64,000 nt of DNA from Octopus vulgaris (lineage: Eukaryota): contig OX597821.1 of assembly GCA_951406725.2 (NCBI GenBank), forward strand, positions 49,662,001-49,726,000, in the 5' to 3' direction. Numbering within the stretch: position 1 is the first letter of the stretch; each line of letters starts with the position of its first letter. A program made the position numbers and the translations under genes. The notes under the pieces were generated by a model. That model saw only the letters and a program-made list of their open reading frames with translations, did not search any database and was not told the DNA's origin. Below are positions 49,181 to 62,130 of the stretch, one piece after another.

Positions 49181-49580
49181 GGTGCCAGTGTGGCTGTGTG
49201 ATAAGAAGCATGCTTCCCAACCACATGGTTCCAGATTCAGTCCCACTACGTGGTACCTTGAGTAAATTTCTTCTACTACAGCCTTTAGCTAATCAAAGTC
49301 TTGTGAGTGGATTTGGTGGACAGAAACTGAAAGAAGCTCATCATACATGTGTGTGTGTGTGTGTGTGTGGGTAGTGTCTGTGTTTGTCCCCACCACCACT
49401 TGACAACTAGTGTTGATGCATTTACATTTCTGTAACTTAGCAGTTCAGCAAAAGAAACCAATAGAATAAGTACCAGGCTCAAAAATAAATATATACTGGA
49501 GTCGATTCATTCGACTAAAAATTCCTCAAGGCTGTACCCACCATAGTTAGTATAATGACTGAAACAAGTACAGGATAAAA
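49181..49580 (+). mobile_element. SINE family A, diverged
   Basis: Colinear with 61-440. Confidence 0.8.
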
Positions 49581-49584
49581 AAAT

Positions 49585-49617
<33 letters not shown>

Positions 49618-49618
49618 G

Positions 49619-49660
<42 letters not shown>

Positions 49661-49937
49661 TAGATAGATAGATAGATGTATACATGCATACATACATGCA
49701 TACGTACATACATATGTACATACATATAGACATACATACATATATATACATATGTACATGGATGCATGCATGCTTACAAACATACATAAAATACATAAAT
49801 AAGTACAAATTTGCAAACATATATACATGTACATTCATTTGCTTGTTTGTTTTATGTCTATTTTTCTATGCTAGCATGGATTAGATTAATGTATATTATT
49901 GAAGCATTGTTTTTATAGCTGGATGCCCTTGTAACCC

Positions 49938-52900
49938 TGTTGTAATGAGAGTCATGATGCCCCCTTGCTAGAAATAGACTGGACTGAGCAATTATAAATA
50001 GTAGCAGTCAGAGTGAAGTTTGTATTAGTTCAAGTTGAGTTCAAAGTGAAGTGGGAAGGTGTCAGTTGGTTTGTTTGGAATATTGATTGTTGGTTCATGA
50101 AGAGATTGTTGGATCATTACACTGCTATTACAGCTGGATCATTATCTTGTTTACTGTTGGCACACTGGCACAGTGTATCTAAAACATCCATCACATTGTG
50201 ATGTTACCATGACATTTGGAGATGGAGGGTACAACATCTGGCAATGAGGGTTGCGAAGCTCACATAGGTTACTTAACAATTTGGTCATGATACAATTTGT
50301 TAAATGATGGAAGACATACTAGCTTCTATAATACAGTTGCAAAAGCAACAACAAGAACAGTAACAGGAGTTGCAGAAGCAACTATTACAGCAACAACTTC
50401 AACAACAACAATTATTGGAGCTATATGCAAAGAAGTCCAAAAATGTGGTAAGTTTGTTTTCGCCAGATGGCTTATTGAATTCCATAAAAGAATTCAGTTA
50501 TAACCCAGAGGAGGGTATAACATTTGCAGTGTACTACAGAATGTATAAGGAAATTTTTAAGGATGATTGCAAAACATGGTTGGACGAAGAAAAAGTAAGG
50601 TTATTATTATGTAAATTAGCTCCATCTGAACATGAGTGGCACTGTAATTTCATTTTGCCCAAAAAGTCTTTATTACATATGCAGGAACTGTCAACAGAAT
50701 GTGTGATAGTTTTAAACCTAAAGAACTTACTCCTGAGATGTTTAAGTGTCTCATTTTTGTACAAGGCCTTACAGCAAATGAAGATACAGAAATACAGGCA
50801 AGAATTCTTTCAAAACTTGAACAAATGAACCAAGAGTTAACTCTGCAGACTGTTGCAGAAAAGTGTCAAAGGATGGTAAACCTGAAACACGATGTAAGAA
50901 AAATTCAAGGAAAGGATTTCGCAAAAATACAGATATGTCAACCAAGTATAACCAAAGAAGAATGCCAGGTCCTAATCCATGTTACGGATGTGGAGGCTTA
51001 CATTTCAGAAAAGATTGTCCTCTTAAAAACCAAAAATGTTATAGTTGTCAAAAATTTGGACACAGTGTTCATAATGTATGAAGATCAAACACAAAAAATT
51101 CTAAAGTGCTCTCAGCAGAAAGTAAAATCGACTCCCAAATAAGGAAATTTGTACACATAAAAGTAAATGGAGTAAATATTAAATTACAACTGGATACTGG
51201 TAGTGACAATAATCAACACCAACACGTGGAAAAAAAAAAAAAGGGGGAAACCTATGTTAAGAAAAACAGTGAAAACTGCTTGTGGCACGATGGGTGACAA
51301 ACTACATTTTGTAGGCAAAATGTGGAATGATGTCACATTTCAAGGAAAAACTCACAAAGCAAAAGTTTTCAGTGTAAAGAACACAACCAGTCTGTTTGGT
51401 ACTGACTGACTGGAGTTATTTGATTTATGGGATTTCCCAATAAGCTGGTACTGAAAAAAGTTTAATGGCTGCCTCACCAATGAAAAGAACTCAGCAGTTG
51501 AATTGAAGAAAAAAATTAATTAAAAACGCTATGTGTAATGTTATTGACAAACTGCTGGTGACAGCGCATGATATAAAAATGAAATCTGCAGAGGATAATT
51601 ACATTACAAGAAAGAAGGTAATGTTGAAAAATAAGCAAAATGAAAATACAAATTCAAATAAGTTTTCACTATGCGATGATGTTTAATGTATGTGCAAAGA
51701 GTGATAGTACCAACCAAAGAGTGGTAGTATTGCAGGAATTCCACAGTGAACACCCAAGAATATTAAGAATGAAAGCCTTAATAAGGAGCTATGTATATTG
51801 ACTGACAATGGACTGGGAAATTGAAAATTGTGTAAAATCATGTGCTAGCAGCCAAAGCACCACTAGTGAAATACCAGTCGTCACCTGAGATGGAATTCCA
51901 TGGTCCAGGGTACATATCGACAATGCTAGTGAATGGCACATACTATCTAATCGTTGTTGATAGCAGTACAAAGTGGCCAGAGATATTTGTGACCAGAGGT
52001 ACGCAGGTGCAATAAACCAACCACAAAGACAACAATAAAGTTCCTGTATGAATTATTTGCCTGATACAGTGTTCAAGACACATTGGTATCAGATAATGGG
52101 ACACAATTTATGGGTAGTGAATTAAAAAACTTCTGCAAAATACATATGATAAAGCATATTTTTACCCCACCCAACCACCTGAGGTCAAACAGGCAGGTAG
52201 AAAGATTTGTTGATATTTTCAAGTGAGTGTTAAAAAAAGCAAGGAATGATGTAGATAATGACAAAGTACTAACAAAATTCTTGAGGGTATATGCCCAATC
52301 TGAATACCAGTTCAGGAAAGTCTCTGGCAGAGTTAAAGTTCAGGTGGAAAATAAAATCGATCTTCGTTAAATTATTGCAATGAAAAAATATCTTTAAAGG
52401 AAACAGAAAAGGGAACAAAACATTACTAAAATAGTAAAGAAGGCTAGGAAGATGGTTTTGTAACAAAAAGATTAGGAAACATGATGTATATAATTAAAGA
52501 ACAATGTTGGGAACATAAGGGATACCTAAACTAATTAAAGACAAGACAAAATGAAAAACGAAAGAAAATACCAATGGAAGTCTGCTATAACATGTCTGAG
52601 GTGCCAGCACTGAAAGAGATTGAACCTTGTAGAAGCAACAGTTGAAAAAGGAAACAGACTGAACATTTAGAAATAATGCTAAAATGAAAAAGACATCAAA
52701 TTAAAAGAAAAAAGGAGAGGGAGAGGTGCTGGAAAAATAAAAAAATAATATCAACTTCACCTCTTACAGAAGTTGAAATCTCAAAAGTGGAGATGTTGTG
52801 ATGAGAGTCACAATGTCCCCTTGCAAGAAATAGACTAGACTGAGTGATTATAAACAGTAGTGGTCAAAGTGAAGTTTGTGTGTTCATTCAAGCAGAGTTC

Positions 52901-53092
52901 ACAATGAAGTCAGAAGGTAGGTGTCAGTTGGTTAGTTTGTTTGGAATATTGATTGTTGGTTCATGAAGAGATTGTCACTATTACAGCTGCATCGTTATCT
53001 TGTTTACTGTTACTACACTGGTACAGTGTATCTAGACCATCCGTCACAATATCATGGTGGTACCACAACATTTAGAGATGGAAGGTATAACA
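49938..53092 (+). mobile_element. Gypsy (Mag/K02A2.6-like) LTR retrotransposon with internal RT/RNase H deletion
   Basis: LTRs 49938-50236 and 52794-53092 (TG...CA), 5-bp TSD AACCC, PBS-like TGGCAATGAG, PPT AAAAGTGGAGA; gag with two CCHC knuckles, protease LQLDTGS, integrase remnants (WSRVHID, LVSDNGTQF). Confidence 0.9.
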
Positions 53093-53425
53093 AACCCTTA
53101 ATTGTTTTTCAAGTAAGAGAGATTATGTTCTGCTTGTCTTTAAAAGCATAGAACTATCAGAAAATGTGTTCATTGGCCATAGTTCAATGTTTTATCATGT
53201 GAAGGGCAGAATGTAAGTATTCACACACACACAAACTCACCACCACCACCACCACCACCACCACCACCATCATCCTCATCCTCATCATCATCATGACTAT
53301 CATAAAGTTCTCTGTACAGGATGTGTGTTGTATTACTTAATCAGTGATGATAATAATATTGAACAACATTCTCTAAGATCAATATATTAGTAACAGTGGA
53401 TATATATATATATATATTCACTAAC

Positions 53426-53582
53426 CTGAGCATTATATACATTTATTGTATTAAGTACCATCTCCACCACCTTTATATTGTTTTTAAGGATAGCTTCATG
53501 GAGTGGACTACACCCATTTTTATTGAGAATATTGACATCAGCTCCATAGTATAGCAACAATGCCACCACTTCATGTTGGTTG
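53426..53582 (-). CDS. ANK-RING-DEATH gene, exon 3 (ankyrin)
   Basis: TTCTTTCAG acceptor, CAG|GTTAGT donor, 157 nt, phase 2-0; HEVVALLLYYGADVNILNKNGCSPLHEAILKNNIKVVEMVL. Confidence 0.88.
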
Positions 53583-53689
53583 CTGAAAGAATGAGGAAGG
53601 TAAAAATAAAGATATTACAAAGACTGAAATAATAGTCAGGTTATATATATTTAGTATGTCGTGATATAATTGTATATATTATATATTGA

Positions 53690-54102
53690 ACTATCCATGA
53701 CCCGTTGGGTCACTAATAGTTCAAGGTGCCTGAAGAAACCGCAAATCTTGGGAACCCATGGTTTGATAATTATGCAAAACTTGTTTTATTCCGTTTCTAT
53801 TCACATTTCAATGGCACCTTACTTTCAGTGTATTTTCCCATTATGTGCCAGTTTGGCTAGTTATAAAAGTATTCACAGTAAAGGGTAATAACTCCAGGTT
53901 TCACTGCTTAAATTTGTGGAAACAAACCCCAAAAAATCACATATCTCAGGAATTAGTGGTCTGATTTATGGGAATCTTGTTTTATTCTGTTTGTATTCAC
54001 ATTTCAGAAGTACCTTACTTTGAGAGTATTTTTCCATTATGCACCAGTTTGGCTGTGTTAAATTACAGACAAGCATGCAAGGAAGTTTTAATAGTATATA
54101 GA
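53690..54102 (-). mobile_element. Diverged non-autonomous Helitron-like element
   Basis: Ends resemble 3638-4143 (TCTATATACTATTAAAA start; GACCC..GGGTC hairpin near the other end); internal direct duplication. Confidence 0.45.
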
Positions 54103-54124
54103 TTATACAAGCATATCTAACTAT

Positions 54125-55110
54125 ATGATTAGAGTGTTGGGCTTACAACCGTAACGTTGTGAGTTTGATTTCCATACTATACTGTGCCTTATGTTCTTGA
54201 GCAAGACATTTTATTTCACATTGCTCCAGTATCAGCTGTATCAGCTTTTGCCTTTCCCTAGGACAACATCGATGGCATGCAGAGGAGAGACTGGTATGCA
54301 TGGCCAACTGTTGATCTTCCACAAAACAACCTTGCCTGAACTTGTGCCTCAGAGAGGAACTTTCTAGATACAATCCCATGGTCATTCATGACTGAAAGGG
54401 ATTTTTACACTTTTTATATATATACTACACACACAAACATGTATGTTAGTGTATGTGTGCATATGTATATATATACATGTGCATGTGTTTGATGAGATAG
54501 AGACAGATAGACACTTAATGAAACAGACAGACATATAGACAAATAGATATAATTAGACATAGTGACAAATAGCTTCCCAGCATTAGAGTGACATAGAGCT
54601 CACCTAATTGATCTTACACTAACACATTGATGGCTATGTTCCTCTCCTTCTCTGGTATTTATTACACTTAAATCTGGAACTCCATCAGTTACAATGACAG
54701 AGGTTGCAGTTGATCTAATCAATAGAAAAGCCTACTCATGAAATTAGTATACAAGTGGCTGAGCGCTCCACAGTCATGCATACCCTTAACATAGTTCTCA
54801 GGGAGGTTCAGTGTGACACACGTTGTGACAAGGCTAGCCCTTTGAATAACAGATACTATTAATTTTTGCCAGCAGAGTTGTCTGGAGCAACATGAAATAA
54901 AATACATTATTTACATTATTTACCACAAACAAGATGACAACAAATATCCATCAAGTGTAAATAATATACATAATTTCCTTATCTCTTAAATATAGAACTG
55001 TATGAAATAAAGTGTTTTGCTCAATGACACAATTCGCTGCCAGGAATTGAACTCACAACCTTTCAATCATGAGCTGAATACCCTAACCACTAAGCCATGC
55101 ACCTTCACAC
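54125..55110. mobile_element. Two older tRNA-derived SINEs (plus at about 54125-54405, minus at about 54620-55110)
   Basis: Heads with GTTGTGAGTT(T/C) B-box-like motif and CORE-like TTGAGCAAGACA. Confidence 0.55.
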
Positions 55111-55410
55111 ACTCTTAAATCTACCACCAGCTTAACAATACCTTTCTCTTTCTCTCTCTTTACAAATAATTTCCCTTTTCTACATTGTATTTTTTCTGTT
55201 TTTATGGTTCTGTCACCTTCTAATGTTTTTCAAATAAACTCTGTCATTTTGGCAGCTACTATAGTAGTACATATACATTTATACAGACATATACATGCAT
55301 AGTGTGGTTTGTGTGTATAAAGACACACTCTCTTACATATACATTTGTGTGTGTGTGTGTGTGTGTGTGTGAATAATAAAAAAATAAAAAACAAATTGTT
55401 GTGATCTTAC

Positions 55411-55562
55411 TTTAGTGCTGCCCAGTGTAAAGGTGTATTGCCATCTTGATCTGTTGATGTTACACTCGCTCCTGCTTTCAATAACATTAGAATAATGTTG
55501 GTGTTGCCCTTAACACTTGCAAAATGAAGTATGGTGTTGCCACAATTGTTGGGATTGTTAAT
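55411..55562 (-). CDS. ANK-RING-DEATH gene, exon 2 (ankyrin)
   Basis: GTCCTTCAG acceptor, AA|GTAAG donor, 152 nt, phase 0-2; INNPNNCGNTILHFASVKGNTNIILMLLKAGASVTSTDQDGNTPLHWAAL. Not present in the supplied ORF track. Confidence 0.88.
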
Positions 55563-55804
55563 CTGAAGGACAGAGAAGAGGACATGGTAAATAATGGTGT
55601 TTAGAAAGAAGAAGAAGGGAAGGAAGAAGAGAGGAAAGAAGGGGATGAAGAGGGAGGAAGGGAGGGAGGAAGGAAGGAAGGAAGGAGAGGGAGGGAGTTA
55701 GGGGGAGGAAGGAAAGAAGAAAGAAAGAGAAAAAGAAAGAGACATACAGACAGAAGAGAGACAGACATACAGACAGACAGATAGACAGACAGACAGAGAC
55801 AGAC

Positions 55805-55857
<53 letters not shown>

Positions 55858-56072
55858 GTTACATTTAGATATGTTTCATTCTAAAATGTTATACTCAAGA
55901 ATTTGTTACACAGCATTATATTGTCAAATATAGCAAGGAAGAAAAAATGGAAATTAACCATCACTATTGGATTAACAACATTTTCTGCTAACAGTGGAAA
56001 CAGGTATCTATTTCCGGCTATTACATGAAAATCTAGAGATGTATGTCCAACAGCTGATGTATTTTGGTTTAA

Positions 56073-56292
56073 CCCTTTAGTGTTTAAACCGGCCCTATCT
56101 GGCCAAAATATTCTACCTATTTTATGTTCAAACTGGCCAGATATGGTCATTCATAGCTATCTTATTGTGTCTTTTTAAAAATAAACAATCACATCATTGA
56201 AATCTCAAAGCCATGAAATGATGCAAGATTAATTTTACATGGTGTGAATACATAAGCTTTACATTTTACAGAATAATCTAAATGCTAAAGGG
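56073..56292. mobile_element. piggyBac-type MITE
   Basis: TTAA|CCCTTTAGTGTTTA ... TAAATGCTAAAGGG|TTAA; related remnants near 13600-13710 and 15200-15292. Confidence 0.8.
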
Positions 56293-56389
56293 TTAAATAT
56301 TTTGACATATTTCTTATCATATTTGTTATCTTTTTCTGGACAAGTCCCTTGATCCTAATGTAAGGTCAACAGCCACCTCACTTCCATTA

Positions 56390-56790
56390 TGTATAGTAGT
56401 TGACCATAAATAGGTTAACAAGAATTGAGTGGAAGTGTGGTGTTACTTGACCATACATAGATTAATGGGAGAAGGGTGGTAGTGAGAGGATAATTAACTA
56501 TACACGGAATAATGTAAGTGAGTGGTAGTGAGGTGGTAGTTGGCCATACATAACTTAAGGGGAGTGGACTGGTAGTGTGGTGGTATTTGATCATACAAAT
56601 GTTAACAAGTGTGGTGAAGTAGTGAGGTGGTTGTTGACTGTACATAGACTAACAGGAGTAAGTTATTGAGATGGCATTGGATCATTCATAGATCATTCAT
56701 TCATAGAGTGGTGATAAGGGTATAATTGAACATACATTGATGAATGGCTGTGGAATGGTAGTGAGGTTGCAGTGGATACGATGATTCATG
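56390..56790. repeat. Degenerate minisatellite, about 45 bp
   Basis: Recurrent GTGAGGTGGTAGTTGACCATACATAG-like units. Confidence 0.6.
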
Positions 56791-56846
56791 GGAATGAAGT
56801 GGACCTGGCAAGTTCTCAGTGGTTCAGTATAAATTTATCATTTCAT

Positions 56847-59800
56847 TGTAGGGTACCACCCAAGGATTTATGACAGACAGACTGTAGACAAGAATTTTGC
56901 TGCGGGCTAGCTAGTGATCCCATGGAAGAACAACAGCTTTTGTTTCACATATCAAAGTAAACAGAAAATCAAAGCAACATGGCAAGTGATCACACAACAG
57001 CACTGAAGCTACCACAATTCTGGCTGAAGAGGGCTGAGCTATGGCTTGTGCAGGTGGGGGCACAATTTAACATATGCAAAATAACTACACACCTAACAAA
57101 ATAGTCTTACATAGTGGTGGTATTAGAGAAGGACATGGCAACAAGGGTGCTGGACATTTTAACCTAAACCCAAGCAATGCACAAATACACTATGTTAAAA
57201 GACAGGTTGGTTAATAAATTCCGGCAGAGCGACCGGGAAGTGGCAGCCAAGATACTGGAGGAAGAATTGGACAAGATGGTGGCATTAGTTCCCCACTAGT
57301 GTGTCACCTTCCTTTTTGTTTAGGGAAATATTCCTCCACAAGTTGCCACTCCAGGTCCAGGCCCTCATAACTCAGATTGAGATCAAGGACCTGTGGCAGT
57401 TAGCGAAAGCAGCTGACAAACATTTTTTATCCAGTGGTGTTATGGTCAATGCTATAGGGTTGACTCCGAGACATAATAGAGTTAAGCAAGACAGCCTGTG
57501 CTTATACCACAAAAAATTTGGGAAAAAGGTTATGAAGTACAAACAACCATGTAACTTCAGGACCTTTTGCCCATCGGCCCCAGGAAACTCCAGGGCCAGC
57601 CACCACTGAATACCCTGTGGCTGGCAGACACGATCAACTGCTCCTCTATGTCTACAATCAAATCTCCAGATGTAGGTTCCTAATTGACACTGGAGCAGAA
57701 GTCAGTTTGATACCAGCATTGGCAAGGGACCTCTGTTACAGAAAGCAGGGCCAACCTTTAACAGCTATCAATGGCTCCACAATCGAGGTGTATTTTCATT
57801 GCATCTGTTTTCTCAATATCAGTTCACAAAAATACACACGGGCATTCATCATCGCTAATGCCCATCAGCCCATTATCAGGCAGACTTTTTTTGAGAACAC
57901 TTGCTACTGGTTGATTTGCAAGGAAGATGACACATCAACAACAACACATATGATTCTGGGTCACTGGCAACAGCTGAACATGCCACCCCCTGCATAGCAA
58001 CCATCTCTCAGACCGAAAACAAATTCTCAAATTTCCTTGTGAGTCACTCCAATCTCATTACCTCGATATTCTCCAAACCTACAGCCCACCACAGAGTGAC
58101 ACACCACATCCCCACCACTGGCCTCCCAGTTCACAGCCATGCATGTCGTCTATCACCAGAGGAACTTGCTATCACAAAGGCCAAGTTTGACAATATGGAG
58201 GCATTGGGCATAATTCGCTGATCAGGCAGTTCTTGGTCATCACCCCTGCATGTGGCACCAAAGCCCAATGGAGGTTGGTGTCCTGGCAGAGATTACCACT
58301 GTCTCAATGCAGACATGACACCTGACCACTACCCCATTCTGCACATACAGGACTTCTCAGCCCAGCTAGCCAGGCGCTCAGTTTTCTTGAAGTTTGATCT
58401 CATCCGAAGTTACCACCAAATACCGGTACAAGACAACAATTTACTGAAAACTGTAGTGATCACTCCTTTCAGGCTGTATGAATTCCTATATACACCCTTT
58501 GGCCTAAAAAATACAGCACAATCTTTCCAATGCTTGATGGATATCGTGTGCAGGGGTCTTGATTTTGTCTTTGCATACTTAGATGATATCTTTATTGAAA
58601 GCCAAAATGCAGGGCTACACATGAAGCATCTAGTGACTCTTTTGATAGACTGGAATAGTGTAGCCAAGCAAATTGCGGAGTGGACCAAGACCTGCATCCC
58701 CTATCAACAAGCCAAGGACCATCAGCACACCAAAGCACTCCTTGGCAACTATGAACCACCACAGGTCTGTTTCAACCATGTCAACATTGATCTTGTGGGC
58801 CCACTACCATCTTCACAGGGTTGCTCATGCCTACTGACTTTGGTAGACTACTACACTTGCTGGTCTGAGGCCATCCTTCTCCACAGCACAGAAACACAAG
58901 AAGTCAACCAAGCCTTCATCACAAACTGGGTTGCCCATTTCGGTGTCCCAGACAGCATCTCATCCAATCAGGGTCCACAATTCACTTAAAAACTGTAGAA
59001 TGACATGTGACCTTTTGGGAATAACAATGAAGTGCACAACAACCTACCATCCACAGGCCAATGAATTAGTAAAGAGATTTCACTGCTGCCTGAAGGAATC
59101 CCTGACAACCAAACTTAATGGGCCCAATTGGATCGATCATCTTTCAGATGCTAGGAATCTGCACCACCCCAAAGGAAAATCTCAACATTTTTTATGTGGA
59201 AAAGGTGTATGGTGCCCCTCTTACAGTGCCAGGAGAGTTCCTTCTGAACACGAAGTCAAACCCAGCTGTCAAAAGGTACCTCATGCAACTGAGAGACAGT
59301 GTGGGCCAGTTGCACCTTATTCCCATGTCAACACATGGTACACCTAGATCATCTGTACCAAATGACTTCCACATGGCTAACTTCATATTCATTCAACATG
59401 ACACATACAAAACCCCTTCCAGTCACCCTATGATGGCCCATACAAAGTCATATGTCTGGGAGACAAATCCTTCTAACTCCTAATTGGCAGACGACAAGAC
59501 ACAGTTTCCATAAATAGGTTGAAACCAGCCTTTCTCAATATTAACAGCACCATCCAAGTAGCTCAACCACCAAACAGCGGCCACCCCAGGTAAATCACAC
59601 TAACTCTTGGCAAGGAACAGTCACCAAAGAGTCAAGTAACCACATGCACAGCAGGGGATTTAAAACACTTTCCCAATTCCAATGACAGTCAACAGTTCTG
59701 GTGGGGAGCTGTATGTAGGGAACTGCCCAAGGATTTATGACAGATGAACTTCGCTGCAGGCTAGCTAGGGAGCTGATCTGCAGCGAAGTGGACTTCTGGT

Positions 59801-59998
59801 TAAGCCGGCTTCTACAAGATAGAAGTGACTGGCAGCTGTTACCCTCATGTATTTAACTGAATAAATCTGGGTTTCCGTTAATTTATTTGTGTATAGCTTA
59901 ACTAAAGCTATATCATGGCTATTTTAAAAATATGTTTCTTATTAAATATAAGTTGTTGGTTTTAGGTACAATCTTTGCTATAATGCTGTTACCCTACA
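56847..59998 (+). mobile_element. Gypsy LTR retrotransposon, degenerate, RNase H region deleted
   Basis: 3' LTR 59714-59998 (TGTAGGG...CCCTACA) whose start matches a truncated 5' LTR at 56847; gag (LKLPQFW), protease (FLIDTGAEVS), RT (YLDD) fused directly to integrase (HVNIDLVGP, TTYHPQAN). Confidence 0.88.
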
Positions 59999-60920
59999 AT
60001 ATCAATAATAAATTGAAAGAGAGTACTGATAAAATTTTAAGTGACAGATGATAGGAGATGCAGCTAAATAACAGAAAGTATCAAATTAAACCTGCTGCAG
60101 AGATCAGACCATAAAATGGTGTATAATTTACTGAATAGTTAAAGATCTATAAACAATCAAAATCCTCAGGAATATTTGCATAGATTATTTTTATATTCTC
60201 TGGCATAGTTCATGAAATTCTATAGTAATGTATTATCTCTGATGGAGAAAATAAGAAATTCTAAGATAACAGTCAGCAGTTGAAGTCTACATATATTCAT
60301 CAATGTCTTGGAATTATATATTTCAGCTAAACAACACATCACCTGAAGGAAATCACCCATCATTTAAATACATGTAAGATCATCAAAGGTTGGCCTGTAA
60401 TTATAATGCTATCCTTTAATCTTGGTGTCTCTATACTCCAAGTGTCCCATCTGTCATTCTACTTTCCACTATGAGAAAAGTAACCCCCTTATTTATCAAT
60501 TTGGGTGTCTTCCTCTATCTAGATACAACCTGTATAGCTCTAGAGAGGATTTCAGGTTCAAAGTCACACAATGAATGACAATTGGTAATGTCTTCAACTG
60601 CATGTGGCATGAGAAACTCATAATAAGCATACCCACATCTTATTGATACTATCTCTTGGACTGAATATTTTTTATAAGATCACTCCTTTACATCATAATG
60701 GCTTTCTATTTAACCTACATTCAATCAACTCTAGCTTACCTTTGTCCTTCTTAAAATGCTGTTGCAGCTGATGCTACTGCTGAGGGTGATGATGATTAGA
60801 GGAAGGAATGAAATATCATGGACAAATATCCCTGGAGACTTAAGAATATTTGGATATTGAATATAAAATATAATTCAATATTCATTATTTCTATAATGAG
60901 GAGGAGTGGCTGTGTGGATA

Positions 60921-61327
60921 GGCGCAGGAGTGGCTGTGTGGTAAGTAGCTTGCTAACCAACCACATGGTTCCGGGTTCAGTCCCACTGCGTGGCATCTTG
61001 GGCAAGTGTCTTCTGCTATAGCCCCGGGCCGACCAATGCCTTGTGAGTAGATTTGGTAGATGGAAACTGAAAGAAGCCTGTCGTATATATATATATGTGT
61101 ATGTGTGTGTGTTTGTGTGTGTGTGTTTGTTCCCCTAGCATTGCTTGACAACCGATGCTGGTGTGTTTACGTCCCCGTCACTTAGCGGTTCGGCAAAAGA
61201 GACCGATAGAATAAGTACTGGGCTTACAAAGAATAAGTCCTGGGGTCGATTTGCTCGACTAAAGGTGGTGCTCCAGCATGGCCACAGTCAAATGACTGAA
61301 ACAAGTAAAAGAGTAAAGAGTAAGAGT
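60921..61327 (+). mobile_element. SINE family A (young)
   Basis: Near identical to 61-440; short duplication of the head at 60903-60917. Confidence 0.9.
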
Positions 61328-61417
61328 ATATTGATTATATATGCACATATTTCTAAGTTGAATATAAAGATAAAATAACAGTCAAGTTTGAGATGACAAT
61401 AAAAAGGAGCAGCTTAC

Positions 61418-61501
61418 CTTATCAGGATTTCTTACAATACATTGTTTAATAGCTGTAATGTCACCTTGCATAACTTTACATAGAAAATGATCAAACTCCA
61501 T
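61418..61501 (-). CDS. ANK-RING-DEATH gene, first visible coding exon (exon spans 61418-61521)
   Basis: TTTTTCATTCTAG acceptor at 61523-61522, AAG|GTAAG donor; MEFDHFLCKVMQGDITAIKQCIVRNPDK is an ankyrin-cap-like helix pair in phase 0 with exon 2. The frame is open upstream of the ATG. Confidence 0.7.
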
Positions 61502-61779
61502 ATTATGTTGAGTGAAATATGCTAGAATGAAAAAGAAACAAAATAAAGAATTTTAAAGAAACGTATTTAATGAGGTAAGCAACAATATACAGATGTTGAT
61601 TTTAAAATCTCACATAAAATAACATAAACATTGAAAACTTCAGTTTTACTGAAGTATTATTTTGATAACAGAATGTTTTCAACATTAATAAGCTTAACTA
61701 TAGTCATTGTGTTGCGTCTCTAGCTTAGCGACATAACTCTGCTTATTACAAGTTTGATTGGTCACACTAAAATCCTATA

Positions 61780-62130
61780 TATTGGGATATGCAGTCTCCT
61801 GATCAGCTAAGTGGAGTCAATGTACATATTGAGTTATAGATCTGTAGATTATATCTCAACTAGGTGGAGACACTATATATCTTGACCTATGGATTTGTGG
61901 ATCATACCACAGTAAAGTAAAGGCACTGCACACTCCTGAGCTATAGATCTATGGATCATTCCTCAGCCAGGTGGAGACTCTTGAGTTAAGGATCTGTGGA
62001 TCATACTTCAGCTAGGTGAAGATACTGGACACTTCTGAGCTATAGATTTGTGGATCATACCTCAGCTTGATGGAGACAATATTGAGCTATGGATTTGTGG
62101 ATCATATTTCAGGTAAATGGGGACATTCTA
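61780..62130. repeat. Minisatellite, about 45-55 bp unit, about 6 copies
   Basis: GAGCTATAGATCTGTGGATCATACCTCAGCTAGGTGGAGACAC-like units. Confidence 0.75.

Noticed and set aside
60740-60790. Strong AAG|GTAAG donor on the minus strand suggesting an extra exon
   Set aside because: Weak acceptors, a stop in the most plausible frame and no ankyrin similarity; exon 1 already joins exon 2 in frame.
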